A stretch of 64,000 bases of DNA from contig DASQAT010000021.1 in the NCBI GenBank assembly GCA_035635555.1, positions 23,975 through 87,974 on the forward strand, given 5' to 3'. A model generated the notes under the pieces. That model worked only from the letters and a program-made list of their open reading frames with translations, ran no database searches and was not told the DNA's origin. Made by a program: the position numbers and the translations under genes. The stretch comes from Candidatus Dormiibacterota bacterium. GTDB taxonomy: Bacteria; Acidobacteriota; Polarisedimenticolia; Gp22-AA2. Every line of letters begins with the position of its first letter. The stretch's first letter is position 1. Below, piece after piece: positions 20,541 through 28,997 of the stretch.

Positions 20541-23330
20541 ATGCGCAGAGCGGTGCCACAGCGCCTGGCCGCGCTCCTTGCGGCCGTGGCGCTCGTCCGG
20601 CTCGCGGGGCCGTCCGGAACGGCCGCCCCGTCGGCGGCCTCGATCCGCCTGAACGCCGCCCTCCTCGCCGGGGTCACGCCCACGCACGGCGCCCCGGATG
20701 CGCCGACCCTCCTGTCGATCTCCGGGGACGGACTCGCCCCGGGGTCGCGTGTCTCGCTGCTCGACGGCGGGCCGTTCCTCCTCGGGTCCTACATCATGCC
20801 GGAGGGTGCGCGCGCCGTGGAGGTGCACGGCGACCATGCCTGCGTCGCGTTCTACAGCCACGCCCGGAAGCTCGGCGGCATCGAGATCCTGGACCTGACC
20901 GACCCGACGACGCCCGCCCGCGTCGGCGCGTTCGAGACCGGGGACAGCGGCGTGGGGGTGGTGGTCGCGGGGTCGGTCGCCTACGTGCCGTTCCTCAACC
21001 CGTACACCTTCGAGGGAGGGCTGCACATCGTCGACATCGCGGCTCCGGACGATCCGCGCCGTCTGGGGACGTTCTACTCTCTCGTCGATCCGCAGGCCGT
21101 GGCCGTCCAGGGAACGCGCGCCTACGTGGCGGACGGTGTGGAGGGACTGAAGATCATCGACGTCACGGACCCCGCCTCGCCGCGCCTGCTCGGAGTCTAC
21201 GACACCGCCGGCACGGCGCGCGACGTGAAGGTCATCGGCACCCGCGCCTGCGTCGCCGACGGCGAGGGCGGTCTGCTCGTCCTGGACGTCGGCGATCCCT
21301 CCGCACCGGCCGTCGCCGGGACGTATGCGTTCCCTTCGAGCGCCGTCGTCTCGGTGGCCCTGGACGGGTCGCGTCTGTACGCCGCCGACACTCTCGCCGG
21401 TCTGCTCGTCTTCGACATCGCCGACGATGGCCGGCCGACGCTCCTCGGGACGACGCGGACATCGGACAGCGCCTCGGGGGTCGCGCTCGCGGGCCGCCTC
21501 GTGGTCGTCGCCGACGGTGTGTCCGGGCTGCAGATCGTGGACGCGTCCGACCCGGCCCGCCCGAGGGTCGTCGGGAGCCAGGGGCTGTATGGAAATTCCG
21601 GCTACTTCTTCGCGGTGGCGGTCGACGGGACGCGTGCCGTGGTCGCCGACATCATCAACGGCGTGCAGGTGATCGATCTGCGGCATCCGGCGCAGCCGGC
21701 ATCCGCCGGGGCGCTCGAAGGGCCGCCGGTGATCGCTGCGGGGGTCCCGGGGGGTGTCACGGGGGTCGCGGTCGACGCCGCCTCGTCCCTGGCCGCCCTG
21801 GCGGACGGCGCGGGCGGGCTTGTCCTCGTCGACGTCCGGAACGCGGCGTCGCCGTCGGTGCTCGGCTCGCTTTTGACGGGCGGCCCCGCGAACGGGATAG
21901 CACTCGCGGACGGCACGGCCTACATCGCCGCGGGCGGCGCCGGGCTGTCGATCGTCGACGTGCGCTTCCCCGGGGCGCCGGCGCTTCTCGGGACGCTCGA
22001 CACGCCGGGGGACGCCCAGGCGGTGGCCGTCGCCGACGGGAGGGCCTACGTCGCGGACGGGAGTCGCGGACTCCAGGTCGTCGACGTGTCCGACGGCAGG
22101 CACCCGGCGCTCCTCGGAGCGTATGACACGCCCGGAAGCGCGCGGGGCGTGTTCGTCGCGGACTATGCCTACGTCGCCGACGATTTCATGGGGATGGAGA
22201 TCCTCGACATAAGCGCCGCCGCCCCGCGCCTGGTCGGCCGGTACGACACGCCCGGCCGGGCGGTCGGGGTGGCGGTCGGCGGCGGCCGCGCCTACGTCGC
22301 CGATCTCAACCGCGGTCTTCAGATCCTGGACGTCCGCGACAGGGAGGCGCCGGTCCTGGTCCAGAATCTCAGCACGCCTGGTGCTGCGCAGGGGGTCGTG
22401 CTGGCGGGCGACCGGCTTTACGTAGCCGACGGCTTCAGCGGTCTTCTGGAGATCGACGTCGGCGACCCGGACCGGCCGATCCTCGCCGGCGCCTACGATA
22501 CGCCGGGGATAGCGACCGCCGCGGCGACCGCGTCCGGACTGGTGTTCGTGGCCGACGGGAGTCACGGTCTGAGGATCATCAGGCCGAACCCCGCGATCCC
22601 CGGGCCGCAGGCCAAGCCGGACTCGGGCCTGGCCGTCATGCTGCCGGCCGGCTTCACACCCGGCCCGTACGACTTGCAGGTGACCGGCCCGGACGGGGCG
22701 ATCGCTCTCCTCCCGGACGGATTCCTGGTCTGCAGGCACCTGGATCTCGCCGCGCGTCTCGTGTCCGTGGACTCGAACGACGCGCCGGGGCGCGCGGCGG
22801 AGGGAGCCCCCGGGCTCTATCGCCTGGTGCTGAGCGGCGACGACGATCTGTTCTCGCCCGGGGCCGCGAGGCGCGCGCGCCTCCTCCTGCCCGCGCTCCC
22901 GGCCCGGGTCGAGGTGCGGGCGGCGACCGGCCCGTCGATCATCGAGCTGCGCATCGGTCCCTCGCCCGGCGAGGCGACGGTGCTCGTCTCGGGGCCCGAT
23001 CCCGCCGCGGCGGCGCTGCAATGGGAGACGATCCGCGCGGCGGGTGGGGTCGACCTCCCCCCCCTCGACGAAACGACCTACGGCGATCTGCGGCTGTCCG
23101 TCCTGGCCGGCGCAGGCGGGCCGGCCGGCCGGGCGGCGGGAAGAGCGCCGCGTGAACCGGGACCGCCCGTGCGGTATCGTTATGTGTTCGAGGCGGGGCG
23201 CCTGGTCGGGGCGGGCGCCTGGGGCCCCGGCGCCGCGCTCCTGTTCGACGTCTCGGCCGGCGATCCGGACGGCTGCGGCGCGGAGACTCGCGTGACCTTC
23301 GACGAACCCCGGGGAGGAGGGACGCCATGA
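20541..23330 (+). CDS. secreted LVIVD-repeat beta-propeller protein
   Basis: There are more than 15 repeats of the form AYVADG..GL.IVDV.DP..P.L.G.YDT.G.A.GV.V.G, the LVIVD-repeat signature, plus an N-terminal signal peptide. The gap from the preceding gene is 7 nt. Confidence 0.75.
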   Translation: MRRAVPQRLAALLAAVALVRLAGPSGTAAPSAASIRLNAALLAGVTPTHGAPDAPTLLSISGDGLAPGSRVSLLDGGPFLLGSYIMPEGARAVEVHGDHACVAFYSHARKLGGIEILDLTDPTTPARVGAFETGDSGVGVVVAGSVAYVPFLNPYTFEGGLHIVDIAAPDDPRRLGTFYSLVDPQAVAVQGTRAYVADGVEGLKIIDVTDPASPRLLGVYDTAGTARDVKVIGTRACVADGEGGLLVLDVGDPSAPAVAGTYAFPSSAVVSVALDGSRLYAADTLAGLLVFDIADDGRPTLLGTTRTSDSASGVALAGRLVVVADGVSGLQIVDASDPARPRVVGSQGLYGNSGYFFAVAVDGTRAVVADIINGVQVIDLRHPAQPASAGALEGPPVIAAGVPGGVTGVAVDAASSLAALADGAGGLVLVDVRNAASPSVLGSLLTGGPANGIALADGTAYIAAGGAGLSIVDVRFPGAPALLGTLDTPGDAQAVAVADGRAYVADGSRGLQVVDVSDGRHPALLGAYDTPGSARGVFVADYAYVADDFMGMEILDISAAAPRLVGRYDTPGRAVGVAVGGGRAYVADLNRGLQILDVRDREAPVLVQNLSTPGAAQGVVLAGDRLYVADGFSGLLEIDVGDPDRPILAGAYDTPGIATAAATASGLVFVADGSHGLRIIRPNPAIPGPQAKPDSGLAVMLPAGFTPGPYDLQVTGPDGAIALLPDGFLVCRHLDLAARLVSVDSNDAPGRAAEGAPGLYRLVLSGDDDLFSPGAARRARLLLPALPARVEVRAATGPSIIELRIGPSPGEATVLVSGPDPAAAALQWETIRAAGGVDLPPLDETTYGDLRLSVLAGAGGPAGRAAGRAPREPGPPVRYRYVFEAGRLVGAGAWGPGAALLFDVSAGDPDGCGAETRVTFDEPRGGGTP

Positions 23331-24973
23331 GAGTAGAACGTTCGGTGCCTCCGGTCATCCGGCCGGCCGCCGCCTGCTTCGCCGCGGCCTCCCTGCTGCT
23401 GGCGGCGCCGCGGTCGGAAGCGGCCTTCGACTGCACGGGTGTGACACCGGCCGCCAACACTGTGCTTGTGGCCGTGCCGGTCGCGACCGGCCTCACGGCG
23501 CGGCCGCACCTGGTGACTTCCCCCCCGGGCGATACGGCGCGTCTGTTCATCGTGGAGCAGGGCGGATTCATCCGCATCAAGAGGCGCGGTGATCCGTCCG
23601 GCACGCTCTCGACCTTCCTGGACATCAGCGCGAAGGTGCAGGCCTCCACGATTCACAACGAGATGGGTCTTCTGGGCCTGGCGTTCGATCCCGACTACGG
23701 CACGACGGGCTCCTTCTACGTGAACTACACCGAGGGGCCGCTGAACGGACCGTGGTTCAGCGTGGTGGCGCGCTATCAGGTGTCGGGCGATCCGAATGTC
23801 GCCGATCCCAACAGCGAGCAGCGGCTCCTCCGCTATTCGCAGCCGCAGGACAATCACAACGGCGGTCAGCTCCAGTTCGGTCCCGACGGATACCTCTACA
23901 TCTCCACCGGGGACGGCGGGGGGGCCGGCGACCAGCACGGCACCTGCGGCAACGGCCAGAGCCGGGCGAGCCTTCTCGGCAAGCTCCTGCGTCTCGACGT
24001 CCGCGGTGTCGCACCGTCCAGCCTGCCGCCCGACTGCGGAGGGACGACGGCGGTCTACAGAATCCCGTCCGACAATCCGTTCGCCGCGGGTCTCGGCGGC
24101 GACTGCGACGAGATCTGGGCCTACGGGCTGCGCAACCCCTGGCGCTCCGCCTTCGACGAAGCGACGGGGGACCTGTACATCGCCGACGTCGGCCAGAACT
24201 GCTGGGAGGAGATCGACTATGTCCCGGGCCCCGGCGCCGGCGGGGAGAACTTCGGCTGGCGGATGATGGAGGCGAACCACTGCTACAACAACAGCACTCC
24301 GAACACCTGCGACCCGACGCCCGCCTCCTGCGCCGGCGTGCCGGCCTGCAAGGACCCCTCCTTCACCGACCCGATCGCCGAGTACGGGCACGGCAGCGGC
24401 TGCTCGATCACCGGCGGGTTCGTGTACCGCGGCTGCCTGATGCCGAACCTGGCGGGTGCCTACTTCTACGGCGATTACTGCTCGGGGTTCATCCATTCGT
24501 TGCGCGTCGTCGGCGGTGTCGCGACCGATCCGCGCGACTGGACGGGGCAGATCGACCCCGGCTCGACCCTGAGGAACAGTCTGACCGGCTTCGGCGTCGA
24601 TCGACAGGGGGAGCCGTATGTCGTCGACCGCAAGGGCACGATTCTCAAGATCATGCCGCCGTTGTCCGACCTCGAAGTCGCGGGCCGCAACACCCTGCAG
24701 CCGCTCCTGCTCCTGGCCGCGGCCTGGACCTGGGAGGACCTCGCGTTCGACACCATGGCCCCGGTGGTCTCGTACCGCGTCTATCGCGGCGTCCCCGGCG
24801 GATCGTTCGCCTGCGTCTTCACCGCGCCCACGCCGCAGTGGACGGGAGGGGACCCGGCGTCCCCCGCCGTCGGCCATGTGTTCGCCTACGTGGTCACGGC
24901 GGTCGGCCCCTACGGCGAAGAGACGAAGAGCGGCGATCCGCCCGTGAACCTCCTCCCCGGTTCCTGCCCGTGA
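23327..24973 (+). CDS. PQQ-dependent soluble sugar dehydrogenase (glucose/sorbosone dehydrogenase, GSDH family) with C-terminal FN3-like module
   Basis: GSDH hallmarks are present (MGLLGLAFDPDYGTTGSFYVNYTE, HNGGQLQFGPDGYLYISTGDGG, WAYGLRNPWRSAFDEATGDLYIADVGQNCWEEIDYV) along with a signal peptide. Its start overlaps the LVIVD stop (ATGA). The C-terminal 85 aa carry the shared module (YRVYRG..C..GHVFAYVVTAVGPYGEE..C). Confidence 0.8.
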   Translation: MRVERSVPPVIRPAAACFAAASLLLAAPRSEAAFDCTGVTPAANTVLVAVPVATGLTARPHLVTSPPGDTARLFIVEQGGFIRIKRRGDPSGTLSTFLDISAKVQASTIHNEMGLLGLAFDPDYGTTGSFYVNYTEGPLNGPWFSVVARYQVSGDPNVADPNSEQRLLRYSQPQDNHNGGQLQFGPDGYLYISTGDGGGAGDQHGTCGNGQSRASLLGKLLRLDVRGVAPSSLPPDCGGTTAVYRIPSDNPFAAGLGGDCDEIWAYGLRNPWRSAFDEATGDLYIADVGQNCWEEIDYVPGPGAGGENFGWRMMEANHCYNNSTPNTCDPTPASCAGVPACKDPSFTDPIAEYGHGSGCSITGGFVYRGCLMPNLAGAYFYGDYCSGFIHSLRVVGGVATDPRDWTGQIDPGSTLRNSLTGFGVDRQGEPYVVDRKGTILKIMPPLSDLEVAGRNTLQPLLLLAAAWTWEDLAFDTMAPVVSYRVYRGVPGGSFACVFTAPTPQWTGGDPASPAVGHVFAYVVTAVGPYGEETKSGDPPVNLLPGSCP

Positions 24974-25929
24974 GACGGTCCCTGGCCGGGGCCCTGCTCG
25001 TTCTGGCCGCCTGTCCCTGTCCGGTCGATGCCGCCTGGACGGCGCGGCCTCAGCACCCCGCAGCCTCGACACCCGAGCCGAAACGCGCCGAATTTCGCCG
25101 CCGGATCGAAGAGAGGCTCGCCCGCCTCGTCTCCGGGCTGCAGGGGGCCTCGGGATACGTCATCCGCGATCTCGCCGGCGGTGAAGCGTTCGAGAAGGAC
25201 GCCGGCGCCGTGTTCCCCGCCGCCTCGACCATCAAGCTGCCGATCTTCCTCGATCTTCTCAAGCGATCGGAGGAAGGAAGGCTCGACCTGGCGCGCCCGG
25301 TGCCGATCGATCCGAAGACGCGCGTGGAAGGGGGCGGCGTGCTGGAGAAGTGGTCGGAGCCGTACCCGGTCCTGTCGGCCGATCATCTCGCCGTCCTGAT
25401 GATGGACTTCTCCGACAACTATGCCACGAACGTCCTCATCGATCTCGTCGGCATGGACACTGTGCAAAGACGTCTCGACGCCTGGGGGATGAAGGAGACG
25501 CTCCTGCGACGCAGGATGATGGACCTCGAGGCGGCGCGGGCCGGGCGCGAGAACGTCACGACACCGCGCGAGATGGCCGGGCTGCTCGAGCGGTTGTACC
25601 GGGGCGAGATCCTGAACGCCGGGAACACCCGCAAGGCGATCGAGATCATGAAGCGGAACGAAAAGACTCCGATCAAGAGAGGGCTGCCGCCGGGTGTCCC
25701 GGCGGCCGACAAGGACGGGGATCTGGACGGGCTGCGCTGCGACTCGGGGATCGTCTTCGTCGCGGGCCGCTCCGCGGACGCCGCGCGGCCGTTCGTCATT
25801 TCGGTGATGACCGCCTACCTTCAGGATGACAGGGCGGGCGAGGAGTTCATCGGCGAGGTCGCGCGGGCGGCGTGCGATTATTTCGAGACCCTGGCGCGCT
25901 CGACCGAGCACGGGCGGAAGATGGATTAG
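24970..25929 (+). CDS. class A beta-lactamase-related serine hydrolase (lipoprotein), non-canonical KDG in place of KTG
   Basis: The GTG start overlaps the GSDH stop (GTGA). The product has a lipobox-like signal (LLVLAACPC). Class A motifs include SxxK (AASTIKLP) and SDN (FSDNYATN), and an omega-loop-like segment (RRRMMDLEAARAGRENVTTPREM). KDG (AADKDGDLDG) replaces KTG. The product is 319 aa. Confidence 0.75.
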   Translation: MRRSLAGALLVLAACPCPVDAAWTARPQHPAASTPEPKRAEFRRRIEERLARLVSGLQGASGYVIRDLAGGEAFEKDAGAVFPAASTIKLPIFLDLLKRSEEGRLDLARPVPIDPKTRVEGGGVLEKWSEPYPVLSADHLAVLMMDFSDNYATNVLIDLVGMDTVQRRLDAWGMKETLLRRRMMDLEAARAGRENVTTPREMAGLLERLYRGEILNAGNTRKAIEIMKRNEKTPIKRGLPPGVPAADKDGDLDGLRCDSGIVFVAGRSADAARPFVISVMTAYLQDDRAGEEFIGEVARAACDYFETLARSTEHGRKMD

Positions 25930-26825
25930 CGGTCGGCCCCCATCATCCCCGGCTTCAGGTAGGGGATCGGATCGACCGGGCGGCCGTCGCGTCGCACTTC
26001 GAAGTGCAGGTGTGTGCCGCGGGCGTTCCCGGTGGCGCCGACCTCTGCGATCGTCTGGCCCTGCTCGACTTCGTCCCCTTCGCGCACCAGGAGCCGGCTG
26101 GCGTGGGCGTACAGCGTGGTCACGCCGTTGCCGTGATCGATCACCACCGTCTTGCCGTACTTCCCCTCGCTGCCCGAGTGCACCACGATCCCCGGGGCGA
26201 CGGCGCGGACGTCCTCGCCCCGGACACCGTCGATGTCGATGCCGTCGTGGTGATGGTGCCGTCCGCGCTGGCCGAAGGCCCCCGTGATCAGGCCATCGAG
26301 AGGCCAGGCGATGCTCATCTCGGAAGGGGCCGAAGCGTCCTCCGACATCGGCTTCTGCCGCGGGACGGGGGCCGCCACGGGGGGAGCGGCCGGCGCCGCG
26401 CCCGGTTGCGCCGGCGCCGGTATGTAGATTTCGGTGCCGGCGCGGATGGTTGTCGGGTCGCGGATGCCGTTGGCGCGCAGAATCGTCTGGAGCGGCACCT
26501 CGTACGCCCGCGACAGCGAGTACAACGTCATGCCGGGTTGCAGGCTGACACGCACGCCGGCCGCGGTCGAAGCACCGCCCGCCTCGTCGCAATCCTCCGA
26601 GCACCCCTCCGGCTCGGCCGGTGGCAGGGAGACGCGGGGGCGGTCGAGACGCACCGCGGGCTCGGCCCCGCCCAGTCTCGAGGGGTGTTCCCACTCGGCG
26701 ACCGGCGGAGGCTCCGCAGAGGTCACCGCGCGCGACGCGGCGCGCCCCCCGCAACAGGGCAGCAGGAGCGCTCCCGCCGCCGCAAGCAGAGACAAGGGAA
26801 ACCGGCTCCCGATGCGTCCGTGCAT
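25926..26825 (-). CDS. LysM-domain M23 family metallo-endopeptidase (murein hydrolase-like), lipoprotein
   Basis: The product is 299 aa. It has a signal with LLPCCGG, a LysM domain (YSLSRAYEVPLQTILRANGIRDPTTIRAGTEIYIP), and the M23 HxxxD (HHHHDGIDID) and HxH (GTHLHFEV) motifs. Its stop overlaps the convergent beta-lactamase-like gene's stop. Confidence 0.8.
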   Translation of the reverse strand: MHGRIGSRFPLSLLAAAGALLLPCCGGRAASRAVTSAEPPPVAEWEHPSRLGGAEPAVRLDRPRVSLPPAEPEGCSEDCDEAGGASTAAGVRVSLQPGMTLYSLSRAYEVPLQTILRANGIRDPTTIRAGTEIYIPAPAQPGAAPAAPPVAAPVPRQKPMSEDASAPSEMSIAWPLDGLITGAFGQRGRHHHHDGIDIDGVRGEDVRAVAPGIVVHSGSEGKYGKTVVIDHGNGVTTLYAHASRLLVREGDEVEQGQTIAEVGATGNARGTHLHFEVRRDGRPVDPIPYLKPGMMGADR

Positions 26826-27020
26826 GAGGCAATCCTCCCTATTAATATGATGGAGGGTGATCAGCCCGTCCACCCCTGCAACGGCCCGAATTTCCGGGCC
26901 TTCGAGAGGAAGCCCACGTGTAACCCGCGCCCCCGGCGGCTTCCGCCGATGGCGATTTTGTAATGGTCCGGCGTCGGCACGGTTGATCGACCCCTCGACC
27001 GGATGGTACAGTCCGCCTCC

Positions 27021-28928
27021 ATGCCCCGGACGGAACTCTTGCTCCGGCTTTCCGCAGCCGCCCTGCTCGTGGCCTCGACGGCCTGCCGCGCCGAGCGCCC
27101 CGCGCACCTGACCGGCGCTGGTGCGGCGGACACGGCGAACGCCGGCCCGGCCGCGCCGACGGGCGCCCTCGTGCAGCAGCCCTACTTCGCCAACATGACC
27201 GTCGAGAGGAACACCGCGGTGCCGATGCGCGACGGGGTCGTCCTGCGCGCCGACATCTACCGCCCGGCGGCGCCCGGTAGGTTCCCGACGCTGGTCTATC
27301 GAACGCCCTACGGCAAGGACGCTCTCGTGGAGTCGGGGTACGAGCCGACCATCGTGAGAGCGGCGCGGGCCGGGTACGCGGTCGTCGTGCAGGACGTGCG
27401 CGGACGGTTCCGTTCTGACGGCGAGTTCCGCCCGTACCAGCAGGAGGGCCACGACGGTTACGACACGATAGAGTGGGCGGCTGCGCAGGGATGGAGCAAC
27501 GGCCGCGTCGGCACGTTCGGGCTGTCTTATCCGGGGGCCGTGCAGTGGCTCGCGGCCATGGAGGCCCCGCCGCACCTCGTGTCGATTTTCCCGGCGATGA
27601 CGTTCGACACGGGCCGGCACTTCTTTTTCTTCGGCGGCGGGTTCAACCATGACTGGATGCGCTGGATCCTCCTGAACATCGCCCCCGACGTCAGGCAGCG
27701 CAAGGGGCTGCGCGGTGCCGTGACGGAGAAGGAGGCTCAGGCGGAGTGGGACCGCCTCAAGTGGCAGTGGGAGAACTACCTGCCCCTGCGCGAGTTTCCC
27801 GTCCTGAAGGAGGTCGCCCCCTGGTACTACGAGTGGCTCGAACACGCGGACGACGGGCCCTACTGGGACTTCGCCGACGTGACCCGGGCCCACCCGAAGA
27901 TCACGACGCCGGCGCTCAACTTCTCCGCCTGGTACGACAGCAACTACGGCCCGCTCGGGGCGATCGCCAATTACAACGGCATGCGGGAGAAGGGCGCGAC
28001 CGATCTGGCCCGGCGCGGCCAGAGGCTCATCCTGGGCCCCTGGGACCACGGGGATCCGACGGAATACGAGACCAAGGTGGGGGAGATCGATTTCGGGCCG
28101 AACATGACGTTCGACTACTACTCTCTGGTGATCAAGTGGCACGACCGCTGGCTGAAGGAGATCAGGAACGGTGTGGACGAAGGACCGCCGGTGCGCATCT
28201 TCGTGATGGGGGACAACGTCTGGCGCGCCGAGAACGAATGGCCGCTCAAGCGCACGCTGTACGTGCCCTACTACCTGCACAGCGGCGGACGCGCCAACAC
28301 CGCTGCGGGGGACGGTTCGCTGTCGACCGCCGAACCGGCCGCCGCGGCCGCAGGAGCCGAGGAGCCGCCCGATCGGTACGTCTACGATCCCCATCGACCC
28401 GTCGTCGTGGAAAACTTCGAGAAGATGGGACCGTACGACCATTCGAAGATGCAGTCGCGCCAGGACATGCTCGTCTACACCACCGGGCCGCTCGCCGAAG
28501 ACATCGAGGTGACCGGTCCGATCACCGTGCACCTGTGGGCGGCGTCGAGCGCCGTCGACACCGATTTCGCCGTGATGCTCTGCGACGTCTATCCCGACGG
28601 CCGCGCCTACAACCTCGCGCCGAACGAGGCCGGCTTCCTGCGCGCCCGCTACCGCAAGTCGGAGTCGGCGCCCGAGCTCCTGACGCCGAACGAGCCGACC
28701 GAGTTCGTCATCGGCCAGATGGTGACCAGCAACGTCTTCAAGAAGGGGCACCGCATCCGGCTGCAAGTGACCAGCAGCCGTTTTCCCTCGTTCGATCGCA
28801 ATCCGAACACCGGCGACCCGTTCGGCGAGTCGAGCCGCGTGATCGTCGCCCGCCAGACGATCCTGCACGACGCGATCCACCCCTCGCGGGTCGTCCTGCC
28901 CCTCATCCCGCGCGGCCCCGGACAGTGA
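27021..28928 (+). CDS. CocE/NonD family hydrolase (S15 Xaa-Pro dipeptidyl-peptidase-like), secreted
   Basis: It has a signal peptide (RTELLLRLSAAALLVASTACRA) and the nucleophile motif GLSYPG. Family sequence is typical (FPTLVYRTPYGKD...VVVQDVRGRFRSDGEF...). The minus-strand 1022-aa ORF over this region is a shadow, except for its 3' 900 nt, which is the M23 gene. Confidence 0.85.
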   Translation: MPRTELLLRLSAAALLVASTACRAERPAHLTGAGAADTANAGPAAPTGALVQQPYFANMTVERNTAVPMRDGVVLRADIYRPAAPGRFPTLVYRTPYGKDALVESGYEPTIVRAARAGYAVVVQDVRGRFRSDGEFRPYQQEGHDGYDTIEWAAAQGWSNGRVGTFGLSYPGAVQWLAAMEAPPHLVSIFPAMTFDTGRHFFFFGGGFNHDWMRWILLNIAPDVRQRKGLRGAVTEKEAQAEWDRLKWQWENYLPLREFPVLKEVAPWYYEWLEHADDGPYWDFADVTRAHPKITTPALNFSAWYDSNYGPLGAIANYNGMREKGATDLARRGQRLILGPWDHGDPTEYETKVGEIDFGPNMTFDYYSLVIKWHDRWLKEIRNGVDEGPPVRIFVMGDNVWRAENEWPLKRTLYVPYYLHSGGRANTAAGDGSLSTAEPAAAAAGAEEPPDRYVYDPHRPVVVENFEKMGPYDHSKMQSRQDMLVYTTGPLAEDIEVTGPITVHLWAASSAVDTDFAVMLCDVYPDGRAYNLAPNEAGFLRARYRKSESAPELLTPNEPTEFVIGQMVTSNVFKKGHRIRLQVTSSRFPSFDRNPNTGDPFGESSRVIVARQTILHDAIHPSRVVLPLIPRGPGQ

Positions 28929-28997
28929 GCTGAATCGGATTGACAACCGGCCCGGATGGGGGTATGTGAAAGGCTGAACGCCGCCGCACCCCATGCC

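Noticed and set aside
14936-20683. A 1915-aa minus-strand ORF spanning the HAD, epimerase, DUF1800 and DUF1501 genes.
   Set aside because: The translation is low-complexity and rich in Arg/Gly/Pro (RRRRP..., GRRG...) with no domain. It lies antisense to four well-supported genes. Such shadow ORFs are expected at about 70% GC because stop codons are rare.
23752-25929. A 725-aa plus-strand ORF.
   Set aside because: Only its last 320 codons (24970..25929) are a real gene, the beta-lactamase-like protein. The upstream part overlaps the GSDH gene in a different frame. The frame is open only because of GC bias.
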